NCBI GenBank assembly: GCA_964252035.1
Contig: OZ176211.1
Length of the DNA: 64,000 nt
Direction: 5' to 3' (one strand)
DNA from: Podarcis erhardii
Taxonomy: Eukaryota
Shown here: positions 1-10,163 of the stretch, in pieces
Layout: every line of letters starts with the position of its first letter
Numbering within the stretch: the first letter of the stretch is position 1
Made by a program: the position numbers and the translations under genes
The notes under the pieces: model-generated
Seen by the model: only the letters and a program-made list of their open reading frames with translations
Told to the model about the DNA's origin: nothing
Databases searched by the model: none

Positions 1-1263
1 TATGTGGCTTAGGACCCCATATGAACCAACCCAGCCCTTAAGACCATTATTTGAGGTCTTGCTTTGCATGCCCCCTCCTGAGAGGTCCAGAGGGTAGCAA
101 GACAAAAATGGGTGGCTCCTTGCCATTTCAGTGCTGGCTTTTTGCATGTGGATTGCTCTCCCTGGGGAGGCCTGCGTGGTGCCATCACTGCAGAGCTTTT
201 GTCACCAGGCAAAACATTATTTTTTTTGCTAGGCATTGGGCTCTTAATTGCCTGTGGTCTCGAGTGGGCAGGATGTTTTAATCCTTTTAAAAATAGGATT
301 GTCTTTTAGATTTTCCCTTGTTTTTCTTTTGCTAATTTCAACGTATGTCACTTTGAGTTACCTTGGTAAAGAAAAAAACAAGCAATTAATTTAATAAATT
401 ACGATACTGCCTTACCAAAGAAGTCTTTAAACAGTTTGCAAAATAAAACTGAAAATGATTAAATTGTGCAAAGTTTTTGCTACAAGTTTATCTTCTGTAG
501 GGCTGCCATGTCAGAAGTGTGGGGGGGGGGGTTTGCAAATTCTTTTTGCTCAACAACTTTGGCCAAAAACCCCCAACACTTTTGTGTCCAGATTTTCACT
601 TTTTGAAAAGTGAAAATAGGCAACCCTATCTGCGTCTCTTCTTCAGACAGGATGCTCATTGTGCCTCATAGGCACCAATGCACAGATGGTTATCAGCAGC
701 TCCTGGCTAGAGAAACTCTCGTGAAGAAACATCAGGATTGGGTTTAAAAATACACAGCAGCTTCTCAGTGCTTGGGGCAGAAAGTTGTTGTCTTTCCAGG
801 ACACACATTTCTTTTGGTTCAGCATATCTGATAAGCTTTCCCCACAGGGTGTGTACAGCAGAGGAAGGATCTGCTTCAGCAATGAAGTTGCAGTTCTGGA
901 TTTGTGACTGGAAAGTCTGGCAATTCTGTCATACGCATAATATGCCCTTAAAATTATTCCAGTGAAATCTGGAAGAGGGAGTCCACTGATATCTTAGTAT
1001 ACAATGCTGGCGCGTTTTGTTTGTTTTCAGAAAACTTTACACATCAGCTTGTTTTCTGAGAAACCCCCTCACTATTGTACTGAGTTTGTTTCTGAGCATA
1101 TTGTTTTCCATTTTACAGGCCACTGGCCAGGCCTGCTGTGCTGTGCTGTTACCTAAGAACAGGAGCACTTTGAACACCCATGTATGTTACACATGGGAAT
1201 GAGTTCAGAACATGGTTAATTGTTCACTTGGATCAATGCCACACACACACCACACACAAAGAC

Positions 1264-1399
1264 AGAATAGAGTCAGAAGGGACCATGAGGATCATCTAGT
1301 CCAACCTCCTGCAATGCAGGAATCTTTTCCCCAATGTGGGGCTCAAATCCACAGCTCTGAAATTAAGAGTCTCATGCTCTACCACCTGAGCTACCCTGC
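1264..1399 (-). mobile_element. tRNA-Lys-headed, CR1-tailed SINE (Squam2-like)
   Basis: Minus strand reads gcagggtagctcaggtggtagagcatgagactcttaatttcag..., close to tRNA-Lys(CTT), followed by the CR1 3' end (attcctgcattgcagg...ttggactagatgatcc...ccttctgactct). Confidence 0.75.
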
Positions 1400-2959
1400 A
1401 GGTGCTTTGTTCCGGCTGCCTTATGAACCTGCTCTTCACTGATAACTTTCTGTAGGATTTATGGTGTTGAATTAAAAAAAAAACAGTGGAGAGGCTGCCA
1501 GTGGAACCAGACACTGTGTTATCATGGGTGTACAGTTGTAAGTGGCAGACCTATGTCAAGTTCCCTCTGTGATAGACACCCTCACTGAAGATGGTACTTG
1601 GAAACATGACCAATATGTTGGGTGTATTAATTGATACAACTCTCCCAGCTTTTCACACAATAGAGATCTAGACTTAGCTATATGTGGCAATGTTTATGAT
1701 TTCTCATCAGCAAGATGCTGTACTTCTGTGAAAGCTGCACTGGCATAAAGTCCTTAAACTGTCAACATCTAACAAATTCTTCTCTCTCTCTCTCCAGATT
1801 GTTGGTCTCACCAACCCTCACTGGTTGCTAGTCTGCCACACTAGCAACAGGGCTAGTCTGCCACACACCTTCCCCCTCCTTTTGCCCCTCCCTTAAGGTG
1901 CTATGCATTCTCTGCTCTCCCAGAGTGCAACAGCAGGCATTCCCCTGCCCCTTTATCTTAGCTCCAGAAGCATGGGCACTTCCTCTTAAACCACTCAGCC
2001 CAACAACAACAAAAATGATCCTGCTAATATATACATGCTAGCTGTGCACCTCATATTTCTGTAAACAAACGAACAAACCTGATTATAAACCATAATAGAT
2101 AACTGCAATGGTACCAACCACATTATGTTGTCTGACTTGGCATCAGGCCCCTGTAACATAGTCATATTTGCTATTTTAGGATACGAGGAGAAAATCTCTA
2201 CAAGCTGGCACCAGATTCATCAGTGCTTCTTATGATATAAATATGGTGTCCTAAACTTGATGTGTTAGAGTTGCCATCCCTGAAACACGCCAGCAACATT
2301 CCTAAGACTGGAGCCTTTAGAAATGTCACAGGGCTCTTAAAATGTATAAATGGGCCAATCTTCTGTTGCTGATGGGTTCTTGGACTATCTCATTGCCATT
2401 GCACAGAAAACCTTCAGTGAGTTTCTTACTTCTTGCAAAAAGTTTAGGAAGCCACACAGCCACTCAGAATGACTGGAAAGCTCCAGGATCCAGTATCATG
2501 TGGAGAGAGCATTTCAACATTTTGCAAGAGCAGCTTTGCTGATTGCTAATGACATTTGAACTTCGAGGATACAGCAGAGGCAACTTTTCTCGTTCACAGC
2601 TGTGTGTGGGATGGTGATGAGTTAATGATACGGGAGTTATGATAGAAATTTGCACAGATGCAGAGACTGAAGCATCTTTTTAATTATCCTTTGTTGTTTT
2701 GTTCTGGGGGGGCAGGGAAACCACCAAATGGAACTAAATACAGGTTTAAAAATAAAGTAAAAGATGTTGAAAACAACACAACAGCAGTGGCAACAACAAA
2801 GGATAACAATTAACTGTTAAAACCAACCTGTTATTGAGGACAAAAATGATTGCTTCCCAACACTGGGGTGTGTATTGCTAAAGACAATTTAAAATTCATA
2901 CATCAAGCCTGATTTGTGTAGTGCACTGAAGCACAGTGTAGGGCATTTGGCATGATTGC

Positions 2960-3575
2960 TAAAGCACTGGATTCAAATCCAAATAGTTTGTTTCAAATCC
3001 ATACTCGGCCAGAGATAGTGCTGGATTTATGGACCCATTTGCTACAGCAATTTCATGATGTTAGCAAGGCACACCAAAGTTTGCAAATTTCTTTCAGCAT
3101 ATGTGCAAATATTTACAGCAGCTATTGCAGTTCATATCAAACATTCCAGCTAATTTTGATGAAACTGAACAGCAAGCAAAATTTACTCTACTGGATGTTG
3201 AGTACAAAACTGTCAAAATAAGGCAGAGTACCCAAAAAAAAGGCCTATGATGTGACAACACCCAAGCCTTAGACAAACTTTCTTCAAGAGACAACTTTAC
3301 GGCAAATTCATTTATCCCTGTCATGGTTGCACTTGAGGCCAAACACTAGACAGAAGAACATCATTGTATAGGAGTGTAGCTAGCAATTTTTCCTTTTTGC
3401 AAGCAACCAAGGAACAGATTCACAACAGCGTTGAGATGTTGATGCAAGTGTATCAGAAGGATGCTGACCTTAGTTTAGTCAATGACCTCTTACGCTTCCA
3501 CTTGCATGTCACCTTGAAAAAGAAAATCTAAACCACCGGGATATGTATCAAATAATATTCAAGGAGGAAATCTGG
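2960..3575 (+). pseudogene. Decayed hAT-superfamily transposase fragment (Tip100/ZMYM1-like type)
   Basis: Frameshifted segments DLWTHLLQQFHDVSKAHQSLQISFSICANIY, NFDETEQQAKFTLLDVEYK, LSSRDNFTANSFIPVMVALE, YQKDADLSLVNDLLRFHLHV and DMYQIIFKEEI occur in the order expected for the C-terminal half of these transposases; several stops and frameshifts. Confidence 0.65.
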
Positions 3576-3769
3576 AAAGTTTATGGCTGAATTGTAACAA
3601 GTACCAATTGGGTTTTCTGTGGATTTGTGTTTGTTCTGATTCAACGAGAAACAGCAGGTTTTTGTGGGGAAAGCAGTGGGGCAAAAAACAACAACAAAAA
3701 ACCCTCTTTGACCCATGCATAGAAATCACAGGACATGAGGAAGGAGATGTAGAACAAGCATGAGTGTGG

Positions 3770-4120
3770 ATGAGCTATGCATCTCAGCCTCCTGGCAGCT
3801 GAACAGCAGGATGCTGCAATGTACTATATTGTCCCCAATGCTACTGAGCATCTATTTGCAGCCATTGGGAATGGTCATGATTTGGGACGCAAGTGTCACC
3901 AGTAAGTAGATGACAGCTTTATTTTTCTGCAACATCTGAGTCAGGAAGGAGTGTGCATGTCCATGAACCAGTGTGGAGAAACAGGAATGGTTTAGATGGC
4001 AGCTAATGAACTGAAAATGAATCCTGATAAGAGAAAGATCCTGTGGGTGGGTGGCTCCCGGGTCTGGAAACTGAAGAGCTTGCCTGTTCTGGATAAGGTT
4101 GCACTCCTCCACTGGAGGAG
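3770..4120 (+). mobile_element. L2 LINE ORF2 fragment (degenerate)
   Basis: MAANELKMNPDKRKILWVGG resembles the L2 reverse-transcriptase C-terminal motif WMxANKLKLNPDKTEVLWVG; preceded by a degenerate YxDD region (gtagatgac). Confidence 0.6.
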
Positions 4121-4343
4121 TCACATAGTCAGTGAGCACTCCACTGCTGTCATTAGAGACTCAGTTGACCCCACTGGCATGGAGTGCTCTTTATCACCTT
4201 TGGTTGTCCCATACACCTATTAATTAACTGACAAAAGCTTTATTTCCAGCACTTCCTGCATTGTCTGAAATAGATCCTAAGCCCATAAGTACCTCAATAT
4301 AAACTCTCCTACTTGGCGGTGGCAGGGGTGGGGAGGAGCTACT

Positions 4344-4577
4344 TGTTAGGATATTTCCGTTCCACCTTAAAAGGGAGCAGGCTTTGTGAGTCACAGAGGC
4401 TGTGTATTTCCTGTTCACAGGATGTTTCTGTTGTGTCTATGCTTTCGTTTCTCTCTGTGCCTGAGCAGACCGAAGCAGGCAGTCATGTTTTTTCTTTGTT
4501 CTGACCAACGCTGAATAAACATCTAAATAATGCTCTTCTGAGTGCATCTTTCACTGTACGAACTCTGCGATAGAACA
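4344..4577 (+). mobile_element. Possible solo LTR
   Basis: Segment bounded by tgtt...aaca with an internal AP-1 site (tgagtca), a TATA-like ttaaaa and aataaa near the 3' end; no convincing TSD or primer-binding site. Confidence 0.3.
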
Positions 4578-4834
4578 TGCATCAGCTCTGGAATGTCACA
4601 AGCTATTTTCTGGAGCTCGTGTCACTAATTGCTGATACTGTATCTACGGGAGATCGATGGACGTCCGGAGTCAACGTGGAGGCAGTGATGGCCTTTGTCT
4701 GCCTGGCAGTATCCCAACACTACTATGGTTCTCTCAAATAGCGAGGATTTTCTCATATATCAGATACAGACTTGTGATAAAATTATAGGGTTGTATCCAA
4801 ATAAATTATACTTAGAGTAAACCCACTGAAAGTA

Positions 4835-5112
4835 CAGTGGTGCCCCGCAAGACGAATGCCTCGCAAGACGAAAAACTCGCTAGACAAAAGGGTTTTCCGT
4901 TTTTCGAGGTGCTTCGCAAGACGAATTTCCCTATGGGCTTGCTTCGCAAGACGAAAACGTCTTGCGAGTTTTTCCCCTTTTTTTCTCTTTTTCTAAGCCG
5001 CTAAGCCACTAATAGCCGCTAAGCCGCTAATGGCCGTGCTTCGCAAGACGAAAAAACCGCTAGACGAAGAGACTCGTGGAACGAATTATTTTTGACTTGC
5101 GAGGCACCACTG
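4835..5112. mobile_element. Tc1/mariner (pogo/Tigger-like) MITE
   Basis: Terminal inverted repeats cagtggtgccccgcaagac / gacttgcgaggcaccactg, TA target duplication at 4833-34 and 5113-14, internal repeats of cgcaagacgaa. Confidence 0.9.
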
Positions 5113-5145
5113 TAATAAACCTAAGGTATTAATTTATGTAGTTCT

Positions 5146-5743
5146 ACTTTCTTGGGCTCCGTGATCACTGCAGATGGTGACAGCAGTCACGAAATTAAAA
5201 GACGCCTGCTTCTTGGGAGAAAAGCAATGACAAACCTAGACAGCATCTTAAAAAGCAGAGACATCACCTTGCCAGCGAAGGTCCGTATAGTTAAAGCTAT
5301 GGTTTTCCCAGTAGTGATTTATGGAAGTGAGAGCTGGACCATAAAGAAGGCTGATAGCTGAAGAATTGATGCTTTTGAATTATGGTGCTGAAGGAGACTC
5401 TTGAGAGTCCCATGGACTGCATGAAGATCAAACGTATCCATTCTTAAGGAAATCAGCCCTGAGTGCTCACTGGAAGGACAGATTGCGAAGCTGAGACTCC
5501 AATACTTTGGCCACCTCATGAGAAGAGAAGACTCCCTGGAAAAGACCCTGATGTTGGGAAAGATGGAGGGCACAAGGAGAAGGGGACGACAGAGGATGAG
5601 ATGATTGGATAGTGTTCTCGAAGCTACCAGCATGAGTTTGACCAAGCTGCGGGAGGCAGTGGAAGATAGGAGTGCCTGGCGTGCTCTGGTCCAAGGGGTC
5701 ACAAAGAGTCGGACATGACCAAACGACTAAACAACAACAACAA
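5146..5743 (+). mobile_element. BovB (RTE clade) LINE, 5'-truncated 3' end
   Basis: Translates to GSVITADGDSSHEIKRRLLLGRKAMTNLDSILKSRDITLPAKVRIVKAMVFPVVIYGSESWTIKKA... then ...QYFGHLMRREDSLEKTLMLGKMEG, the BovB ORF C-terminus; (caa)n tail; in-frame stop at 5359-61. Confidence 0.95.
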
Positions 5744-6554
5744 TTCTGACTATTACTAATGTTGGATACAACACATAATCAATATGGAAATGGAAACAAG
5801 AAGAATTATCAAATTTATTTTTAGAGAATCAGAAATTACAACAAAGTATTCACGAAAAAAGAAAGGCAAGTCACCTGCATTTGAGCTGAGACATGGGAAA
5901 GGAATTACGGTAATTACCATGCAGCCTGCTGGAGGACCAGAATGAACTGCAATGACCCATATACAAGAGTCACCAATGACCACAGGATAACATTCACCTT
6001 TACCCAATAAAGCTACTAGCATTTCTGAGACCTGGGTTGGGTGAGCCTTAATTTTAACAGATAAATGGTCTGTCCCTTTTAGTGTTCTTTGGCAAGCTTT
6101 CCCTATTGCTTCATTGCAACAAAGGTTCACTGAAGTTAAGAACTCTGATGAACTTTGCCCAGAGTTGATGTCTTTACAGTCACGTTTAGCTTTGCATACC
6201 AATGCTTTCTAAGTGATGAACTATGTTCTGCCGATTTCCTGTCAGACAAACATTTAATGAAGTAATGGAAAAGCTGGCCTTAAGGAAAAATTGGGAAAGT
6301 TAACCTTAACTCTCTAGTCTTGAACTAGAGTTGTTTAGAATTTCTGAGTCCTGAAAACTAGTTGAACTATTTGTGTTGTAACCTCAGAATTCCAGATCCC
6401 AATTCAATCCATCTGTGTGACAAGGGGAAGAAACATACAAGATGAGGCTGCTAATCTCCCAAGTCCTTGTATTTAGTAATACCTAAATCAGTAAAGTTCT
6501 ACTGTACAGAAGAACTTTCACCTACACCTTACCACTGCCTCATACGTTCTGGTA

Positions 6555-6806
6555 CATGGGTAGGCAAACTAAGGCCCAGGTGCTGGATCTGGCCCAATTG
6601 CCTTCTAAATCTGGCCCACGGATGGTCTGGGAATCAGCGTGTTTTTACATGAGTAGAATGTGTCCTTTTATTTAAAATGCATCTCTGGGTTATTTGTGGG
6701 GCATAGGAATTCATTCATATATTTTTTTCCAAAATATAATCCGGCCCCCCACAAGGTCTGAAGGACAGTGAACCGACCCCCTGCTGAAAAAGTCTGCTGA
6801 CCCCTG
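6555..6806. mobile_element. hAT (Charlie-like) MITE
   Basis: Termini catgggtaggcaaac / gtctgctgacccctg; 8-bp TSD ttctggta (6547-54) versus ttctagta (6807-14). Confidence 0.85.
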
Positions 6807-7559
6807 TTCTAGTACAAAGAACATTGGGTAATTTTTATTTATTAAAGAAATACTCAGGCTTTTCTAGGCGCTATCTAAACTTATTTACTTGGGAGTAAGT
6901 TTCACTGAACTCAGACATACTCCCAACATACAGGCAGCAACCGTTTTCGGCATGTCCAATATTTGCATGACCACATACATGTACATCATGCCGAACCTAG
7001 AAGTCACCTGAAAATGTCACAAAAAGGGGTAGAACAGGGCAGGGCAGGGGCAAACAGGGTGTCTGCAGGCTTTATTAATGGGTGTTCCAATTATATGCGA
7101 TTTCACACAAGCACTATAACCCGGAACGCAAATCCCATGCAAACAGGGAGTTGCCTGTTACAGAATAGGTTTGCACTTCTAGACAAACTACTTCAGTATG
7201 TGACACCAGCATATACAGTAACATAGAAATCCAAGAAATGAACTATTTCAGTTTAATAAAGTTCACTGGATAAGTTCAAAGATCTCTGAACTACACCTAG
7301 AAGTAGTTCCCATAATTGCTGGGTGAACTGAAAGAGAATTACATTCGTTTTAGGGAATAACTTTGAACAATTTCTAGTTCATCTTCAAGTTTGTTCTCTT
7401 ACATGTGTTTTTTTCACTTTTTAGATACTTTGGCCTTTAAGCTTAAATAGAATAAATGGAAAAAATAAACAATTTTGTGTGTATACAGTATATCTGTGTG
7501 TTGATGTATTCTTAGTCCTCCAAAGCATATTTTATACTTCAGCACAGCAGCTTGTAACA

Positions 7560-7900
7560 TTCTGAATGCTGAAAAACTGCCGAGGATCATTTGGATGAAC
7601 TTGAACTGAATGTGAACCAAACTACAGTAATTGTTTTTGTAAAGGGACAAACATGAACGGGAATTAGTTCCTTTGTGAACATGTTGAACTTGGACTAGTT
7701 TATTTTTAAAATGAATTTTCCAAGCTCTGGTATAGCCTGGGGTATTGTGACTAAAAACACAGGTTGCCTGAAAAGGTGCATGAAGAAGCCTCCTATATTG
7801 GCACTGCAAACAGATTTCAGGGCTGTTGTTAAAATTAAAAATTGTGTGGATGCAGATGAGCACATGTTAAATGATGGGCATACAACCACATGGGTAACTG
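7560..7900 (+). mobile_element. Very old LINE (RTE-X-like) ORF2 remnant
   Basis: LELNVNQTTVIVFVKG resembles the post-RT LxLxxNxxKTKvmvF motif; heavily decayed. Confidence 0.3.
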
Positions 7901-8964
7901 ACCACCTTTTGCATCTTAAGTAACGAGAAGTTAACCATGCATCTGCATTTGGATCAGAAATCTTCAGGAAATCTGAGGAAGTAGAGGAACAGAGTGGTAA
8001 AATTCTCATGTCATTACTTTCCTGTTGTGTGCTAAACACAGCGGCATGGGTCTTCCGGTGGCTCTTGGATAGCAAAGCCCTCAAGAGCCCATCCCATGTC
8101 CACATAGCCCTCTCCCGAAACCTGGGCCAATGCTGGTATAGGAAAGAAGCATATTATCAATGCCTCCCATATGATCTGAGAAGTCTCAAGTCACCCAGGA
8201 GCTGCAAAAGTGTCTTCTACCCTGAGGGCACTGTTTGGTTTTGGGGGGATCAGATACAATTGCTTAGTTTCCAATCCATGTGTTTAAAAGCAGCAGCAAC
8301 AACAACATACCCCAGCAACACAACTATCTAATCCAGAGCTCATCTCCTCCACGGGGAGCACAGCCTGCAGAGGGTGCGGGGCTGGATTAACCGTTAAACA
8401 AAACAAGAACGTGTTTAGGGCATCAAGGGAAGGGGGATACCAAAGAAATTTTCCATTGCCAGATTTTTAACATTAATGGTCTCAAAGTGCTCAGCTGAGC
8501 CCTCATTTTCTCATATGAACTATATTAAAAATCCCAATCAGGCAACTATGTAACAAGACAGGCTTTATCTCTACAAAGTATAGAATCAGATGTGTTACGT
8601 ATGATTCGTTTTGAGGATCTGATAAAAGACTTTGCAATTAGAAAAAGTAAGATAAAAACTTTTCTAATATAAGCAAAGTGGAAGTATACAAAAATAAACA
8701 TTACTTTCCATCTTACTGTAGGTTTCATTTAAAGAAATGGAACTTTATTTTACGGTTTATTGTTGTTTATATTTTGAATTAGATCTATATGGGAGCACCC
8801 AAACCTTTTAAGTGCTTAGGGCCTCTAAAGGTCTTAATCCTGCGTGGGAGGGCAATTTTGGGGAGGGCGATTTTTAGGGTACAAACAGAAAGAAAGTGAA
8901 GGTGTTTTGTTTAAAAATAAAAAAGCCTCACAGACTGCAGTCTTAAGTATTTTTAATAAGCCTC

Positions 8965-9065
8965 AAGGGAGACCCTTGCCTAGTGCTAAACCCCAACTCA
9001 CGCTGTGAAGCTCATGGTGACCTTGAGCCCAGCCACTTTCTCTCTACCTCACAGGGTTATTGTGG
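8965..9065 (+). mobile_element. MIR-like/Squam3-type SINE fragment
   Basis: gggagaccc...aaaccccaactcacgctgtgaagctcatggtgaccttg...ctacctcacagggttattgtg core. Confidence 0.6.
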
Positions 9066-9157
9066 TAATAATAATAATAATAATAGGAGGAGGAGGAGGA
9101 GGGAGGAAGAAGAGGAGCCAACCCATTTACTCCCTGAAAGCAGAAAATGGCTAGGTA

Positions 9158-9160
<3 letters not shown>

Positions 9161-9208
<48 letters not shown>
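9161..9208. repeat. (GATA)12 microsatellite, preceded by (AAT)n and (GGA)n runs at 9065-9115
   Basis: Direct count of perfect GATA units. Confidence 0.95.
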
Positions 9209-9210
<2 letters not shown>

Positions 9211-9430
9211 GTTACAGATAGGTAGCCGTGTTGGTCTGCCATAGTCAAAACAAAACAAATTCCTTCCAGTAGCACCTTAAAGACCAACTAAGTCAGTTCT
9301 TGGTATGAGCTTTCGTGTGCATGCACACTTCTTCAGACACTTCTTCAGGTATCGTGTGCATGCACACGAAAGCTCATACCAAGAACTGACTTAGTTGGTC
9401 TTTAAGGTGCTACTGGAAGGAATTTGTTTT
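9211..9430. mobile_element. Penelope-like element terminal fragment in inverted (palindromic) arrangement
   Basis: Typical reptile PLE end (ggtagccgtgttggtctg...agcaccttaaagaccaac...atgagctttcgtg...cacttcttcag); arms 9252-9328 and 9354-9430 are exact 77-bp reverse complements. Confidence 0.8.
9303..9340 (-). ncRNA. Minimal type I hammerhead ribozyme motif (PLE-associated)
   Basis: Minus strand: GUGU CUGAAGA A GUGUGC AU GCACAC GAA AGCU C AUAC, read as stem I (4 bp with one G-U pair), CUGANGA core, stem II, GAAA, palindromic AGCU stem III and a CUC cleavage triplet. Confidence 0.7.
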
Positions 9431-9431
9431 A

Positions 9432-9455
9432 GATAGATAGATAGATAGATAGATA
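9432..9455. repeat. (GATA)6 microsatellite
   Basis: Direct count; the right-hand half of the GATA array split by the Penelope fragment. Confidence 0.95.
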
Positions 9456-9652
9456 TGGAAACCGCAGTCTCCCCTAGTTATGAACACGAGAGAACTGCGT
9501 GGGCGGGAGGGGGCGCTGCGCAAGGCCCGCCAACTGGCACTTGGGGATGGAACGTTCCGTGCGGAGCGAACCCGCCTCGCGCCACGGCACGTCGCGAGCG
9601 CGCCCTTCGGACACCCATCCCCGTCCCTCCCCCTCCCCGCGGGAAGCGCCAC

Positions 9653-9775
9653 CTCACCCAACCCCTGTTCCCGCCCTGTCAGCGCGCGAGCTGTCAGTTG
9701 AGGGCGGGCGGGTGGTGTGTCCCCGACGTCATATGGGCCGCCTGCCTCCCATTGGCTGGAGCGGCCTCACCAGAC
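9653..9775 (+). promoter_or_regulatory. SRE-like / NF-Y / CRE-like module
   Basis: CTCACCCAAC at 9653-62, CGACGTCA at 9724-31, inverted CCAAT (ATTGG) at 9751-55, CTCACCAGAC at 9766-75. INSIG1 is an established SREBP target and SREs usually work with adjacent NF-Y/Sp1 sites. Confidence 0.6.
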
Positions 9776-9971
9776 TGAAATGTTGTTCTCGGGGCTACCC
9801 AGGAAAGCTCCCTGTCGGCTTCCCCCCGCCCCTTCGGCCGCCGCCGCCGATACAGTCGTCAGCGCCGCGGCGCCCCCTCCCGCGGAGAGAGGCGAGGGAG
9901 GGCTCTGGCGCGGCCGGCCCTGCGGCTGCGGGTAGGTCGGCTGCGAGTAACGTGACTTCGGGGCTCGCCGC

Positions 9972-9978
9972 TTTATAA
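9972..9978 (+). promoter_or_regulatory. INSIG1: TATA box (TTTATAA); TSS predicted near 10000-10008
   Basis: The only TATA-like AT run in the island, preceded by GTAACGTGAC at 9947-56 and followed by a GC-rich leader and splice donors. Confidence 0.7.
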
Positions 9979-10002
9979 GCCTTTCAGCCAGGCGCTGGTG
10001 GC

Positions 10003-10163
10003 GCGCGAGCGGGGAGAAGGGAGGGAGCTGTGTGCGGCTGAGGGAGACGGAGCCTGGCTGAGCAGGTAGGCAGGCGGGCAGGAGCGAGGGAAAGGGGCGG
10101 CGGGCGGGGCTGCCACCCCCGCCTGCCCGCTTCATGGAGGCGGCTGCGGGTGCCTTGAGGACC
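10003..10163 (+). other. INSIG1: INSIG1 non-coding exon 1 (donor ACC|GTAAGT at 10164; alternative donor CAG|GTAGGC at 10066)
   Basis: Downstream of the TATA box with consensus donors; mammalian INSIG1 also has an untranslated first exon. Start coordinate and choice of donor are inferred. Confidence 0.6.

Noticed and set aside
1325-1399. tRNA-Lys gene on the minus strand (likewise B boxes at about 45330 and 47170)
   Set aside because: Acceptor stem is broken and the sequence is fused to a LINE-derived tail, so these are SINE heads.
5319-5702. 127-aa minus-strand ORF
   Set aside because: Antisense of BovB, a well-known source of spurious protein predictions.
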